Of a stretch of DNA of 64,000 bases, positions 20,357-29,708 are shown in pieces; the stretch's first letter is position 1; each line of letters begins with the position of its first letter. The translations under genes were made by a program, and so were the position numbers. Source of the stretch: Escherichia phage KIT01; sequence record AP019521.1; one strand, written 5' to 3'. Below the pieces are notes generated by a model that did no database searches, had not been told where the DNA came from, and worked only from the letters and a program-made list of their open reading frames with translations.

Positions 20357-20979
20357 TACATCACCTTAAAGAACTCTTTAAGTCCCTCAATAACGTGGAC
20401 GGTATGTTCACCACATTCACAAGAAATAGGTATGGCCAAAATAGGCTTAGGGGTAACTAGTGCATCATAAACTTCTTTTATATCTTTTTCTGTTATCACA
20501 GAATAAAGGTCATCAAGTTCCGCATCGCTTAAATCGGAAAGAAGAAGCTTTTCGCCTGCAGAAGTTAAAATATAATCGATACACCCTGCGACCATCATAG
20601 CTCTATTTTTATCTTCAAAGAGTTTAGGGTATCTGAAAACAATTTTAAAGTTGCCAAAGTCTTTAATAACATCCGGCTCTTTGCCCAATGTTGCGCGAGT
20701 TAGTGTCATAGGGACAACCTGTGAGCGACCACAACTACAACTCCACTCACGTTCTATATTCACTTCAGCTAATGAATGGGCCCACAGGTTTATCACCAGG
20801 AGCTCAGATTCTTGCTTGTTTAAATCACGAGCATCTGTACAATTCGAAATGAGTTCATTGATAAAGGACTCTATTCTGCCTTCTAATTTAGCTTGGAGCA
20901 AGTCCTTATACTCTCTGAGGGTAAATGCTCTGCATTTTATGGTTTTGTTTTTAATTTTTACGTCAAAAGTATAATTCAT
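20356..20979 (-). CDS. 26: Baseplate hub protein gp26
   Basis: 207-aa ORF divergent from gene 51 across a palindromic late-promoter box. Confidence 0.75.
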   Translation of the reverse strand: MNYTFDVKIKNKTIKCRAFTLREYKDLLQAKLEGRIESFINELISNCTDARDLNKQESELLVINLWAHSLAEVNIEREWSCSCGRSQVVPMTLTRATLGKEPDVIKDFGNFKIVFRYPKLFEDKNRAMMVAGCIDYILTSAGEKLLLSDLSDAELDDLYSVITEKDIKEVYDALVTPKPILAIPISCECGEHTVHVIEGLKEFFKVM

Positions 20980-20998
20980 TGTCTTCTCCTTTAAGCTT

Positions 20999-21010
20999 AT
21001 TTATAAATAC
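20999..21010. promoter_or_regulatory. Palindromic TATTTATAAATA: candidate bidirectional late promoter for divergent genes 26 and 51
   Basis: 12-nt perfect palindrome reading as TATAAATA on both strands in the 50-nt gap between divergent starts. Confidence 0.45.
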
Positions 21011-21029
21011 ATCAATAAGAGGACACCCT

Positions 21030-21782
21030 ATGGCTAATATAGTACGTTGTGAAATGCCTGATGGAATCCACCGATTTAAACCTTTTACAGTAGCTGATTA
21101 TCGTGATTTTATTTTGATTCGAAATGACATGAATAATAAATCGCCTGAAGAGCAAAAACAAATTTTAGATGAGTTACTGGAAGAATACTTCGGTGAATAT
21201 CCTATGTCATGGCGCCCGTATATGTTCATTGAACTTTACACGTCATCACTCGGCAAGACCAAAATTCCTATCCGATACACTTGTAGTAAGTGTGAAAAGG
21301 ATAGACAAGTTTTATTCAATTTGAAACAGACCAAGTTAGATAATCCCACAATTGAAGTGGCCGGCTTGAAGCTAACATTCAAATTTCCGGAAATAGAATA
21401 TCAAGACAAATCCGAATTGATTCTGAACACCCTCCAAACCGTGGAAGATGAAAACGGAAAATATAATTGGTCGGACCTTTCTGAAGAGGACCAATTAGCC
21501 GTAATAGATGCTATAGACTTATCCACTTTAGAGGATATAGTCAAACAAACTAGCCCTATTAATTTTGAACTAAAATATGGATGCTGTAATCGTAGAACAA
21601 TTACGTATACCGATATTTTAGAGGTGTTTAAGCTTATAGTCAACCCGGATGAGATATTTTTATTTTACCAAATAAACCATTTATTGGTAAAGAACAATTA
21701 TTCATTAGAAAGCATTATGCAGATGATTCCAATCGAACGCGGTATTGCTTTGTCTTTGGTTGAAAAGGACCTTAAGAAATGA
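21030..21782 (+). CDS. 51: Baseplate hub assembly catalyst gp51
   Basis: Start moved to the internal ATG ([12 protein letters not shown]) preceded by an AAGAGGA ribosome-binding site; gives about 250 aa, near T4 gp51 size. Confidence 0.7.
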   Translation: MANIVRCEMPDGIHRFKPFTVADYRDFILIRNDMNNKSPEEQKQILDELLEEYFGEYPMSWRPYMFIELYTSSLGKTKIPIRYTCSKCEKDRQVLFNLKQTKLDNPTIEVAGLKLTFKFPEIEYQDKSELILNTLQTVEDENGKYNWSDLSEEDQLAVIDAIDLSTLEDIVKQTSPINFELKYGCCNRRTITYTDILEVFKLIVNPDEIFLFYQINHLLVKNNYSLESIMQMIPIERGIALSLVEKDLKK

Positions 21783-22948
21783 GTTCAAAAACTATGCAAC
21801 GTGAAGGCTTTCCTAATATTAGTATACGCCTTTACGAAGATTATGACGCCTGGTTAGAGCATCGTTTTGTTGAACTAGGCGCGACATTTACTACTCTAAC
21901 AATGCGAGATGGACTTTACGGTAGTAATGAAGGATTGCTCCAGTTTTATGATGCAAAGAACCTTCATACTAAAATGGACGGCGAACAGATTATCCAAATT
22001 TCTGTTAAAAACGCTAACTCTGAGCGTACCCAGTCAAGAATTTATGGAAGCAAACACTTTGCTGTAGGAGTGGATTCGAAGGGCGACAATATCATAACAA
22101 TACAACTCGCCCCAATCCACTTTTTAGAGAATCTTAAATTTAGTCGTATGTTCTTCCCTAGTGTTCAAGAAACATTAACTGAAATGATTGGTGTTATTTA
22201 TCAAGACCGTCCACTTCTTGCTCCTCCTTTGAACGGGATAAACGTTTACGTTCCTAATGTTCCTTGGTGTGATTCAATGGACCGATATATGGAATTTGTA
22301 CGTGAAGTAGGTATGGCTGTTGAATCTGATAAATTTGTATTTGTCTGGGAAGATATAGATGGTATTTCTATCATGGACTACGAATTTATGGTTAATCAAG
22401 AACCAATTAATTTTGTGGTAGGTGAGCCTCGTTTAATAGGCCAATACGTCCAAGATATGGACACACCTATCGCATTTGATTTTGAATGGTTAACTAAAGC
22501 CAACCAGCATTCCAGAAAGCCATATGAAAACGCTACTGTATACGCCCACTCTTTCTTAGACAAAAACGCCACACGAATTACTTTTGGCGATGGGCAAAAC
22601 AGTATATTGGTTTCTCGCTCTGGTGGATATTCCGATTATACCTACCGAAACGGATTTGAAGAAGCTGATAGATTAGTTACTATGGCCCAGTATGATGGAT
22701 ACGCCCATTGTAAGGTATACGGTAACTTTGAACTAACTCCAGGCGATAAGATTAATTTCTATGACCCTAAAAACCAATTCCAATACGATTTTTATGTAGA
22801 CGAAGTTATTCATGAAGTGAGTAACAATACATCAATTACAAACCTTTATATGTTTACTAATGGTAAGCCTATTAAGATTGAAGAACCACCGAAGGTTAAA
22901 AATGAACTTAAAACTGATACTCCCGATCAAGAAAATAACGCTGGGTGA
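21779..22948 (+). CDS. 27: Baseplate hub protein gp27
   Basis: 389-aa ORF in the gp27 slot. Confidence 0.85.
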   Translation: MSSKTMQREGFPNISIRLYEDYDAWLEHRFVELGATFTTLTMRDGLYGSNEGLLQFYDAKNLHTKMDGEQIIQISVKNANSERTQSRIYGSKHFAVGVDSKGDNIITIQLAPIHFLENLKFSRMFFPSVQETLTEMIGVIYQDRPLLAPPLNGINVYVPNVPWCDSMDRYMEFVREVGMAVESDKFVFVWEDIDGISIMDYEFMVNQEPINFVVGEPRLIGQYVQDMDTPIAFDFEWLTKANQHSRKPYENATVYAHSFLDKNATRITFGDGQNSILVSRSGGYSDYTYRNGFEEADRLVTMAQYDGYAHCKVYGNFELTPGDKINFYDPKNQFQYDFYVDEVIHEVSNNTSITNLYMFTNGKPIKIEEPPKVKNELKTDTPDQENNAG

Positions 22949-23429
22949 CAAAGAGATTTCCATTCCTAAATTGGGTCTTAAACACCAGAAATTGGTTAAA
23001 GATGAAAAGGACCCTTACAAGGCCCTCCATATGACAATGGATTCCATTTGTAAAGGATTAACTGCAGCAGAAACAGATTTTGCTGCTTTGCACCTTTTAG
23101 AATTCAATGGAAGATTAAAAAGTAAAGTAACCAAAGACGGGTTCACATATAATTTAAACGACCTTTATATTTGCCAGCGGCTTGAATTCCAATTCCAAGG
23201 TAAAACGTTTAAATTTAAATCACATGAACCATTTCAAACATTTGGGCCTGTTGATAGTGTATTACAATCCCTTTACCTTGGTGATGATGTACCAGATTTT
23301 CTGGATATGCCTGCCTTTGTTGCTACATGGGCCGACGATATAACTTCTACTGTAGCTATCCCTGGCCCTAATGGTCCTATCAAAGGATTGCTTAAAATCA
23401 TGGATATCTTAAATGAAGAACGAATCTAA
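22902..23429 (+). CDS. 28: Baseplate hub distal subunit gp28
   Basis: Start at internal ATG ([11 protein letters not shown]) giving about 175 aa, near T4 gp28 size; overlaps gene 27 3' end out of frame. Confidence 0.7.
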   Translation: MNLKLILPIKKITLGDKEISIPKLGLKHQKLVKDEKDPYKALHMTMDSICKGLTAAETDFAALHLLEFNGRLKSKVTKDGFTYNLNDLYICQRLEFQFQGKTFKFKSHEPFQTFGPVDSVLQSLYLGDDVPDFLDMPAFVATWADDITSTVAIPGPNGPIKGLLKIMDILNEERI

Positions 23430-25149
23430 TCAGAATAGTTTTCGTCGCAATAAACTGATTGAAGAAATGGCCCCTCAGCGTCGTGCTGAGGCGCTAGCCC
23501 AAACTCAGAACGACGAATTAGGAAATATATCAGATGTTTTATCTGATTCCCAGGCGGCGTCTGAATTGCTCTCTGAAGTGGTTGAGACAAAGTCCAATCA
23601 GATTATTAGTTCTGTGGACCGAGTAGATAAAAGCGTCCAAGATGTTGTTGCCGGAACCGAATTAACGGCCGAAGCTATATCAGAACAAACCCAACAATCT
23701 AAAGCTCTTTCGGATGCATTAAACGAAAAGATTAATAAGCTTTCTAATATGTTGGAGGCTAAATTTTCTGGTATTTCTATTCCGCCGGAAGGGAGTTCGT
23801 TAAAGGTTATTGAAGACTCTATTCCGGAAGAACCTAAGGCTGAAACTCCTAAAGTTCCTGCTGTTATTGAAGATATTCTTCCGCCTGAAGATAATAAACC
23901 TGACGCTGAATTTATGCCTGAACCTCCTAAAAATTCAGATGAAGGTAAAGAAGGTGATAAGACTTCTCTTTCTGATAAAATTGAAGCCCTTACTAAAATA
24001 ACTGAAAAGGGATTTAAAGCTTCTATAGGCGTCGCTGATAGAATTTCAGGCATGCTTTTTAAGTATACTATTACCGCTGCTGCTGAAGCTGCTAAACTCG
24101 CCGCAGGTTTAGTCCTTTTAATATTTGGTATAGATGCCATTCGTGTATACTTCCAATATTTCATGGACCAATTTGAGTCAGGGTGGAAAGAATTTAACGA
24201 TAAGTTTAAAGAGTGGGGACCATTACTTGAAGGGCTAATGACATGGGCCAAGAATGCCGAAGCCATGTTTAGTGAAGGGAACTGGTTAGGTCTGGCTGAA
24301 GCTATTATTCGCGGTATGGTTAATCTTACTAAAAATATGGCACAACTTTTAATGCTTGGTATTTCTAAGTTGATTTCTGCTATTTTAAGCAAAATACCTG
24401 GTATGGGTGAGTTGGCCGAAAACGTAGAGGCTTCCGCCTTAATGTCGTATCAACAAAATACCGGAGCCACTTTAGATGACGAAGACCAAACTAAAGTAGC
24501 CAAATACCATGATAGACGTTCTGCTGAGGCTTTAGAAACTGCCGAGAAAATGAATAAGAAGTATAAGGATAAACCCGAGCTTATAAACCAGGCAGAGAAA
24601 TACGGTAATCTTACTAAAGAACAAGCCGACCAATTACGCGCAGGTGGAATTGACACAAGCTTCCGTGACCTCCCTGAAGAAGAACGTTTAGAGTATTTCA
24701 AGAAACGTGATAAGGCCCAAGCTGATATTATTCGTTTGACTCAAACTGCTGATAATATAATGAAGCCTGATTCTAAAGATATCGAAAATGCTAAAGCATT
24801 TAAAGCTGATATCGAGAAACAATTAGCCGACCCTATTATGGCTAAAGGCGGAGCACCGAAGGACCTTAATATCCAACAATTACTTGATAAGATGAATAAA
24901 TCTTTAGAGAAATTTAATGAAGCTGAAAAGCCTAAACCTGCTTCTGTAGCGGAATCTCCTGAAAATACCCAGGTTAAAAAGGTTGATGAGCAAATGAGAG
25001 CAAAGGAAAATGCTAAATATAGTCAGCAAGCTCCAACTCAAATAAATCAGCAAACGAATATCAAGAAAACGAGTAAGACTAGTTATAATTTACCTCCACA
25101 GTCCTCTACTCCGGCTCCTGGTATGCGTCAAGCTACTAAAGTTAATTAG
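23413..25149 (+). CDS. 29: Baseplate hub / tail length determinant gp29
   Basis: 578-aa extended, helical, charged protein in the gp29 slot. Confidence 0.8.
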   Translation: MKNESNQNSFRRNKLIEEMAPQRRAEALAQTQNDELGNISDVLSDSQAASELLSEVVETKSNQIISSVDRVDKSVQDVVAGTELTAEAISEQTQQSKALSDALNEKINKLSNMLEAKFSGISIPPEGSSLKVIEDSIPEEPKAETPKVPAVIEDILPPEDNKPDAEFMPEPPKNSDEGKEGDKTSLSDKIEALTKITEKGFKASIGVADRISGMLFKYTITAAAEAAKLAAGLVLLIFGIDAIRVYFQYFMDQFESGWKEFNDKFKEWGPLLEGLMTWAKNAEAMFSEGNWLGLAEAIIRGMVNLTKNMAQLLMLGISKLISAILSKIPGMGELAENVEASALMSYQQNTGATLDDEDQTKVAKYHDRRSAEALETAEKMNKKYKDKPELINQAEKYGNLTKEQADQLRAGGIDTSFRDLPEEERLEYFKKRDKAQADIIRLTQTADNIMKPDSKDIENAKAFKADIEKQLADPIMAKGGAPKDLNIQQLLDKMNKSLEKFNEAEKPKPASVAESPENTQVKKVDEQMRAKENAKYSQQAPTQINQQTNIKKTSKTSYNLPPQSSTPAPGMRQATKVN

Positions 25150-25157
25150 GATTAATA

Positions 25158-26246
25158 ATGAAAGTAAAAGAACTTGACTTTGATGTAGCCTCCTTGTTTA
25201 AAGGAGGTTCAAAGACCTCCGCAGGTCAATCTAAAACACAAGCAATAAAAACCACGGTAACCGCTCAGTACCCAGCTGAGCGTGCTTCAGGTAATGATAC
25301 CTCAACCGATATGGTATTAAACGACCTCTATAAAAATGGATTGCTTTTTACTGCATATAATTTTAGTTCTCGTGTATCTCCGGATTTGCGTAACGACCGT
25401 TCGAGTCAAATGACTAAAAAGTTCTCAAGTGCAGCCAGCAAATTAACAGGCAATAGTGGAACATATAGTGCTGTTAAAAACTTATTTGGTGGAAATACTA
25501 AGGGCGTTAAATTTGATACCCAAGCCTTAGCCAATATTCTTTTACCTCGTTCTAAATCTGATGTGGATTCCGTGTCACATAAATTTAACGATGTAGGCGA
25601 ATCATTGATTACTAAAGGTGGTGGTACTGCTACAGGTATTTTGAGTAACGTTGCAAGTACTGCGGTATTTGGTGCATTGGAATCTGTGACTAATGGTGTA
25701 ATGGCTGATTCAGGTGAGCAGATATACACCACCGCTCGTAGTATGTACGCAGGGCCGGATAACCGTACTAAGGTATTTACCTGGGAAATGACTCCACGAA
25801 ACGCCCAAGACCTTATCCAGATTATTAAAATATATGAAATCTTTAATTACTATTCTTATGGCGAAACAGGCAATTCAGCCTTCGCAGGTGAATTAAAAGA
25901 TAAGATTGATACTTGGTACCGTTCTACATTTAAAAAAGAAGCTATTGACAAGTTTGATGGTAAGCTATTAGGGGAAAGTATTACAAGCTTCCTTTCTAAT
26001 GTTATTGTGGTAAGTAACCCGACCATTTGGTATATCCGAAACTTTGGCGATAGCAGTTCATATGATGGTCGTGAAGATATTTTTGGTCCATGCCAAATCC
26101 AGAGTATACGATTTGATAAAACCCCTGATGGCCATTTTAACGGATTAGCTATTGCTCCTAACTTACCATCTACATTTAGTTTAGAAGTTACTTTCCGTGA
26201 AATTATTACTCTTAACCGTGGCTCACTTTATACGGAAGGATTCTAA
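25158..26246 (+). CDS. 48: Baseplate tail-tube cap gp48
   Basis: 362-aa ORF after gene 29; size and order as in T4. Confidence 0.8.
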   Translation: MKVKELDFDVASLFKGGSKTSAGQSKTQAIKTTVTAQYPAERASGNDTSTDMVLNDLYKNGLLFTAYNFSSRVSPDLRNDRSSQMTKKFSSAASKLTGNSGTYSAVKNLFGGNTKGVKFDTQALANILLPRSKSDVDSVSHKFNDVGESLITKGGGTATGILSNVASTAVFGALESVTNGVMADSGEQIYTTARSMYAGPDNRTKVFTWEMTPRNAQDLIQIIKIYEIFNYYSYGETGNSAFAGELKDKIDTWYRSTFKKEAIDKFDGKLLGESITSFLSNVIVVSNPTIWYIRNFGDSSSYDGREDIFGPCQIQSIRFDKTPDGHFNGLAIAPNLPSTFSLEVTFREIITLNRGSLYTEGF

Positions 26247-27199
26247 TGTATACTTTACAAGAATTTCAGAACCAGGCAATTAATATTGACCTACAGAGGA
26301 ATAACCTGTTTAGTGTAGTATTTGCTACGGTTCCTTCTTCTAAATCCCAGGCGCTCCTCGACCAGTTCGGTGGAGCTTTATTTAACAATATCCCATTGAA
26401 TACCGATTTGTTTGGTATTACACAAGGAGAGTTGACCCAAGGTGTTACGACATTAGTGACAGCGGGCACTCAGAAGTTGATTCGTAAGTCAGGCATAAGT
26501 AAATATCTGATTGGAGCTATGTCATCCAGGGTTGTGCAGAGCTTACTAGGAGAGTTTGAAGTAGGTACATATCTGATGGATTTTTTCAATATGGCCTATC
26601 CTACGGCAGGTCTTTTAGTCCACGCCGTTAAAATCCCGGATAATACTTTGAACTATGAAATGGATTTGAACCACAACTCGCCTAACATCAAAATTACCGG
26701 AAGAGAATATTCTCCATTGGTATTAAGCTTCCGTATGGATTCTGAAGCTGCTAACTACCGTGCTTTTAATGATTGGGTCAATAGTGTCCAAGACCCTATT
26801 ACACAATTAAGAGCATTGCCTGAGGATGTTGAAGCCGACATTCAAGTCAACCTTCATTCTCGTAATGGATTACCCCATACAGTAGTAATGCTTAATGGTT
26901 GTGTTCCTGTTGGTGTTTCGTCACCAGAATTATCTTATGACGGTGATAACCAAATTGCTTCGTTTGATGTTACATTTGCTTATAGAAGTGTACAGACGGG
27001 TGCAGTTGGCAAACAAGCTGCTTATGAATGGTTGGAAGATAAAGTCCTTAAAGGCGTGGCAGGGATAAGTGAGAGCAATTCGCTGAGTTCTTCAGTAGCT
27101 AAATTAAGCCGACTTTCAGGAGCTTCTAGTGGATTAACAGGATTAGTTAATACATTTGGTGGGCGTGCTATTAATAATGGAATATCGAGGTTGTTATAA
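26246..27199 (+). CDS. 54: Baseplate tail-tube initiator gp54
   Basis: 317-aa ORF after gene 48; followed by a bidirectional stem-loop. Confidence 0.8.
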   Translation: MYTLQEFQNQAINIDLQRNNLFSVVFATVPSSKSQALLDQFGGALFNNIPLNTDLFGITQGELTQGVTTLVTAGTQKLIRKSGISKYLIGAMSSRVVQSLLGEFEVGTYLMDFFNMAYPTAGLLVHAVKIPDNTLNYEMDLNHNSPNIKITGREYSPLVLSFRMDSEAANYRAFNDWVNSVQDPITQLRALPEDVEADIQVNLHSRNGLPHTVVMLNGCVPVGVSSPELSYDGDNQIASFDVTFAYRSVQTGAVGKQAAYEWLEDKVLKGVAGISESNSLSSSVAKLSRLSGASSGLTGLVNTFGGRAINNGISRLL

Positions 27200-27206
27200 C
27201 AAAAAA

Positions 27207-27224
27207 GGAGAGCATATGCTCTCC
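27207..27224. terminator. Palindromic stem-loop ggagagcatatgctctcc between gene 54 and the alt-region ORF
   Basis: 18-nt perfect palindrome flanked by A-run and T-rich sequence. Confidence 0.55.
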
Positions 27225-27233
27225 TTTAGGGGT

Positions 27234-27524
27234 TTATTTACGGAACGAAATGAAACCTGCTGTGGTCATTAGTGGTTGCTTTTTAACAAAGACCGTGATA
27301 GAAATAGGAGCTTCAGATTCAAGCTGACCGGTTACTACACCATTAAAGATATTTTCAGTTTGTTCTGGATGAGAAAAATTCTCAACAGGTCGGATATCAA
27401 ACTGTTTGTCTTCACCGAAAACTCGACGTAATTCATTACCTACTGCACTGTCAAACTCTTCGGAAGCAGGGATAACGTTTTCAACCACCAGTTCTTGACC
27501 ATTAAAACGGAATGCAGATTTCAT
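27234..27524 (-). CDS. Hypothetical protein downstream of alt array
   Basis: 96-aa minus-strand ORF between the gene 54 terminator and the alt array. Confidence 0.45.
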   Translation of the reverse strand: MKSAFRFNGQELVVENVIPASEEFDSAVGNELRRVFGEDKQFDIRPVENFSHPEQTENIFNGVVTGQLESEAPISITVFVKKQPLMTTAGFISFRK

Positions 27525-27581
27525 AATGTTCTCCTCATGTTTGTGTAAGGTAATAGTACCACATCCTTGTGGTGTTGTAAA

Positions 27582-29705
27582 CTACATTTTGAATTTATTT
27601 GATAAAGAAGAGATATCCAAAGACGCGGCAAGGATTTCCATAGCTTCGTTGCTTTCAGAAACGGATTCATTAACCAAGAATTGACTGAATCCATCCATCA
27701 GGCGAACTTCACCAGTTTCCATCAAATGGTCACCATCGTAAACAGATTCGCTGAGCTCTGAAGGAGGCGTTACGGTAGCTTCCATAAGGTATTTGTGAGA
27801 TACTCTATCATTCATGGCAAAAGCCGCTACTTTATCAACCTTCAACAATAATCCACGCGGAAGGATAATTTCTGCTTCTTCGGCATATTCTGTAAGGTCA
27901 CCAGGAGCGATAACTTTAACTGCTTCAGCACCTCGAATAACCATACCAATTTCAGCAATTCTATCCGCAGGACCTTCAGGTGCAATTGGATTACCGAACT
28001 CGTCTTCTTCCCATTCTACCTCTTCGTCATCGACTTCACCCACATCAGATGAACTACCACTAGCCAATTTAAACAACTCATCAGCAGAGGATAAAGAACC
28101 TTCACCACCAACAAAAACGGCTTGGTTGTCGAGGGCCATATAATTTTTACCAAATTCACCAAAGATGTTAGGCTTTAATGAGGCTGACACAAAGTTCTTA
28201 AAGTAAAATGTTTTGTTATCGATATTATGGCGCAGAATTTTGTATGGCAAATCCTGACCACGATACAAAATAGTACCCTTAGGAAGTTTAATACCCTTAG
28301 TAAATGCTGAGTCTAAATCCTTAATCAATTTAATAGCCGTTGTATTGTTTTCGGATTCAGGTTTACCTAAAAGGAATAAGTTCATAGGAGCATATTCAGC
28401 CGCGCAATATTCAATAATAGCATTGCTTTCGTCTTTGGTTAGGTCCTTAGGTTTAATGAGCTCGCCTGAATAAGCATATGCATCACTAATAGAATCGTTA
28501 ACCAGTTTATAAACGGCTTCCATAGCGAAAGCAATTCGAGATGCTTTCTCTGAAGGGGAACCCTTAAAACGGGTACTCAGGTTATTAACAATTTTCTTAA
28601 TAATATCCAGACTATTGGTTGTATTGATTTGCGAAAGGCCACTTAAAAGTCTATCGACTTCTGTATTAAAAAATGCCATATTATTAGAGTAAATTTCAAA
28701 CCCTTGTTTATCTCTATTAGCATAATTTAGTTTAAATTTACTATCAGTCATTAAAGCGTGTGTGAGAGCAATAGTGTATCTAAAGTTGGCAAGGTCCTCG
28801 CTCTTAGATTTAAACTGAGAAGCCTGGCGCATTTTAGTAATAGCACCTTTTTTAAAGTTCTGACTAATCTGTTCAATACCTTCGTTCTCAGGGCCTTCAG
28901 CCGTGTGAACCGGTACAGAAGCTTCAAACTCGTTATAAACCTGCAATTCTTTAGGGGACAAAGTTTCAGGCTCAGCAGTAGAATACTGCGCGGCCGCTGC
29001 CATACGACGCGAAATCTTAGTACGAGTAATAACAGCCTTATCAGTACGTTTCTCTTCAACTTGTGCAATAGATGCCGCTACGGCTTCGACCTTACTTACG
29101 GCCTGGCCAGTTTTCTTAGAAACATACACTTCGCCAACTTTAGACTCAACTTTAGTATAAAGATCGGCATTAATTTCAGGCATACCCTTGATATCTTCAA
29201 TATTAGCACCACGACGTACTAAAAGAACGTAGGTATGTTTTCCGCTGAATTGGAACATGTCGTCAACAACTTTAAACTTACCACCGGTACGAGCCATAGC
29301 CAAACGAGCTAATACGCGCTGGACGGTAGGACCTTTACCTTTCATTTTCTTAGTAGGGAAACGGAACAAAACCGCGTCCATTTTAAGTTTGTTTACTTGT
29401 TCGTATATGGTATCGAAAATGGTGTTCAGTGTACCGAGTGGATCGGTACCCAAACCACCCTTGAGTTCTGCCGGAGCGCCTTTAGCAGATAAACTCATTA
29501 AGATAACATGGACGTACTTATCACCATTTTTAACCATCTTAATAGCGTCGCCTTCAGACGCATAAGATACCATACGTGCTACTAAATTGTCATTACCAGG
29601 AGCATGTACCGCAAAAATCTGCGGTACGCCTGAGCCAGGTTTAAGATTTGTTACTGGGTAATTTTTTTTATCGCTTTTATCAAAAACTTCGTTTAAATTT
29701 TCCAT
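27582..29705 (-). CDS. alt: Alt-type ADP-ribosyltransferase, paralog A (most 3' in transcription order)
   Basis: 707 aa; N-terminal about 230 aa aligns with remembered T4 Alt; catalytic signatures R (LYRGQ), S-A-S (YFKNFVSASLKP), E-x-E (EAEIILPRG); conserved C-terminal DGDHLMETGE. Confidence 0.8.
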   Translation of the reverse strand: MENLNEVFDKSDKKNYPVTNLKPGSGVPQIFAVHAPGNDNLVARMVSYASEGDAIKMVKNGDKYVHVILMSLSAKGAPAELKGGLGTDPLGTLNTIFDTIYEQVNKLKMDAVLFRFPTKKMKGKGPTVQRVLARLAMARTGGKFKVVDDMFQFSGKHTYVLLVRRGANIEDIKGMPEINADLYTKVESKVGEVYVSKKTGQAVSKVEAVAASIAQVEEKRTDKAVITRTKISRRMAAAAQYSTAEPETLSPKELQVYNEFEASVPVHTAEGPENEGIEQISQNFKKGAITKMRQASQFKSKSEDLANFRYTIALTHALMTDSKFKLNYANRDKQGFEIYSNNMAFFNTEVDRLLSGLSQINTTNSLDIIKKIVNNLSTRFKGSPSEKASRIAFAMEAVYKLVNDSISDAYAYSGELIKPKDLTKDESNAIIEYCAAEYAPMNLFLLGKPESENNTTAIKLIKDLDSAFTKGIKLPKGTILYRGQDLPYKILRHNIDNKTFYFKNFVSASLKPNIFGEFGKNYMALDNQAVFVGGEGSLSSADELFKLASGSSSDVGEVDDEEVEWEEDEFGNPIAPEGPADRIAEIGMVIRGAEAVKVIAPGDLTEYAEEAEIILPRGLLLKVDKVAAFAMNDRVSHKYLMEATVTPPSELSESVYDGDHLMETGEVRLMDGFSQFLVNESVSESNEAMEILAASLDISSLSNKFKM

Positions 29706-29708
29706 TAT

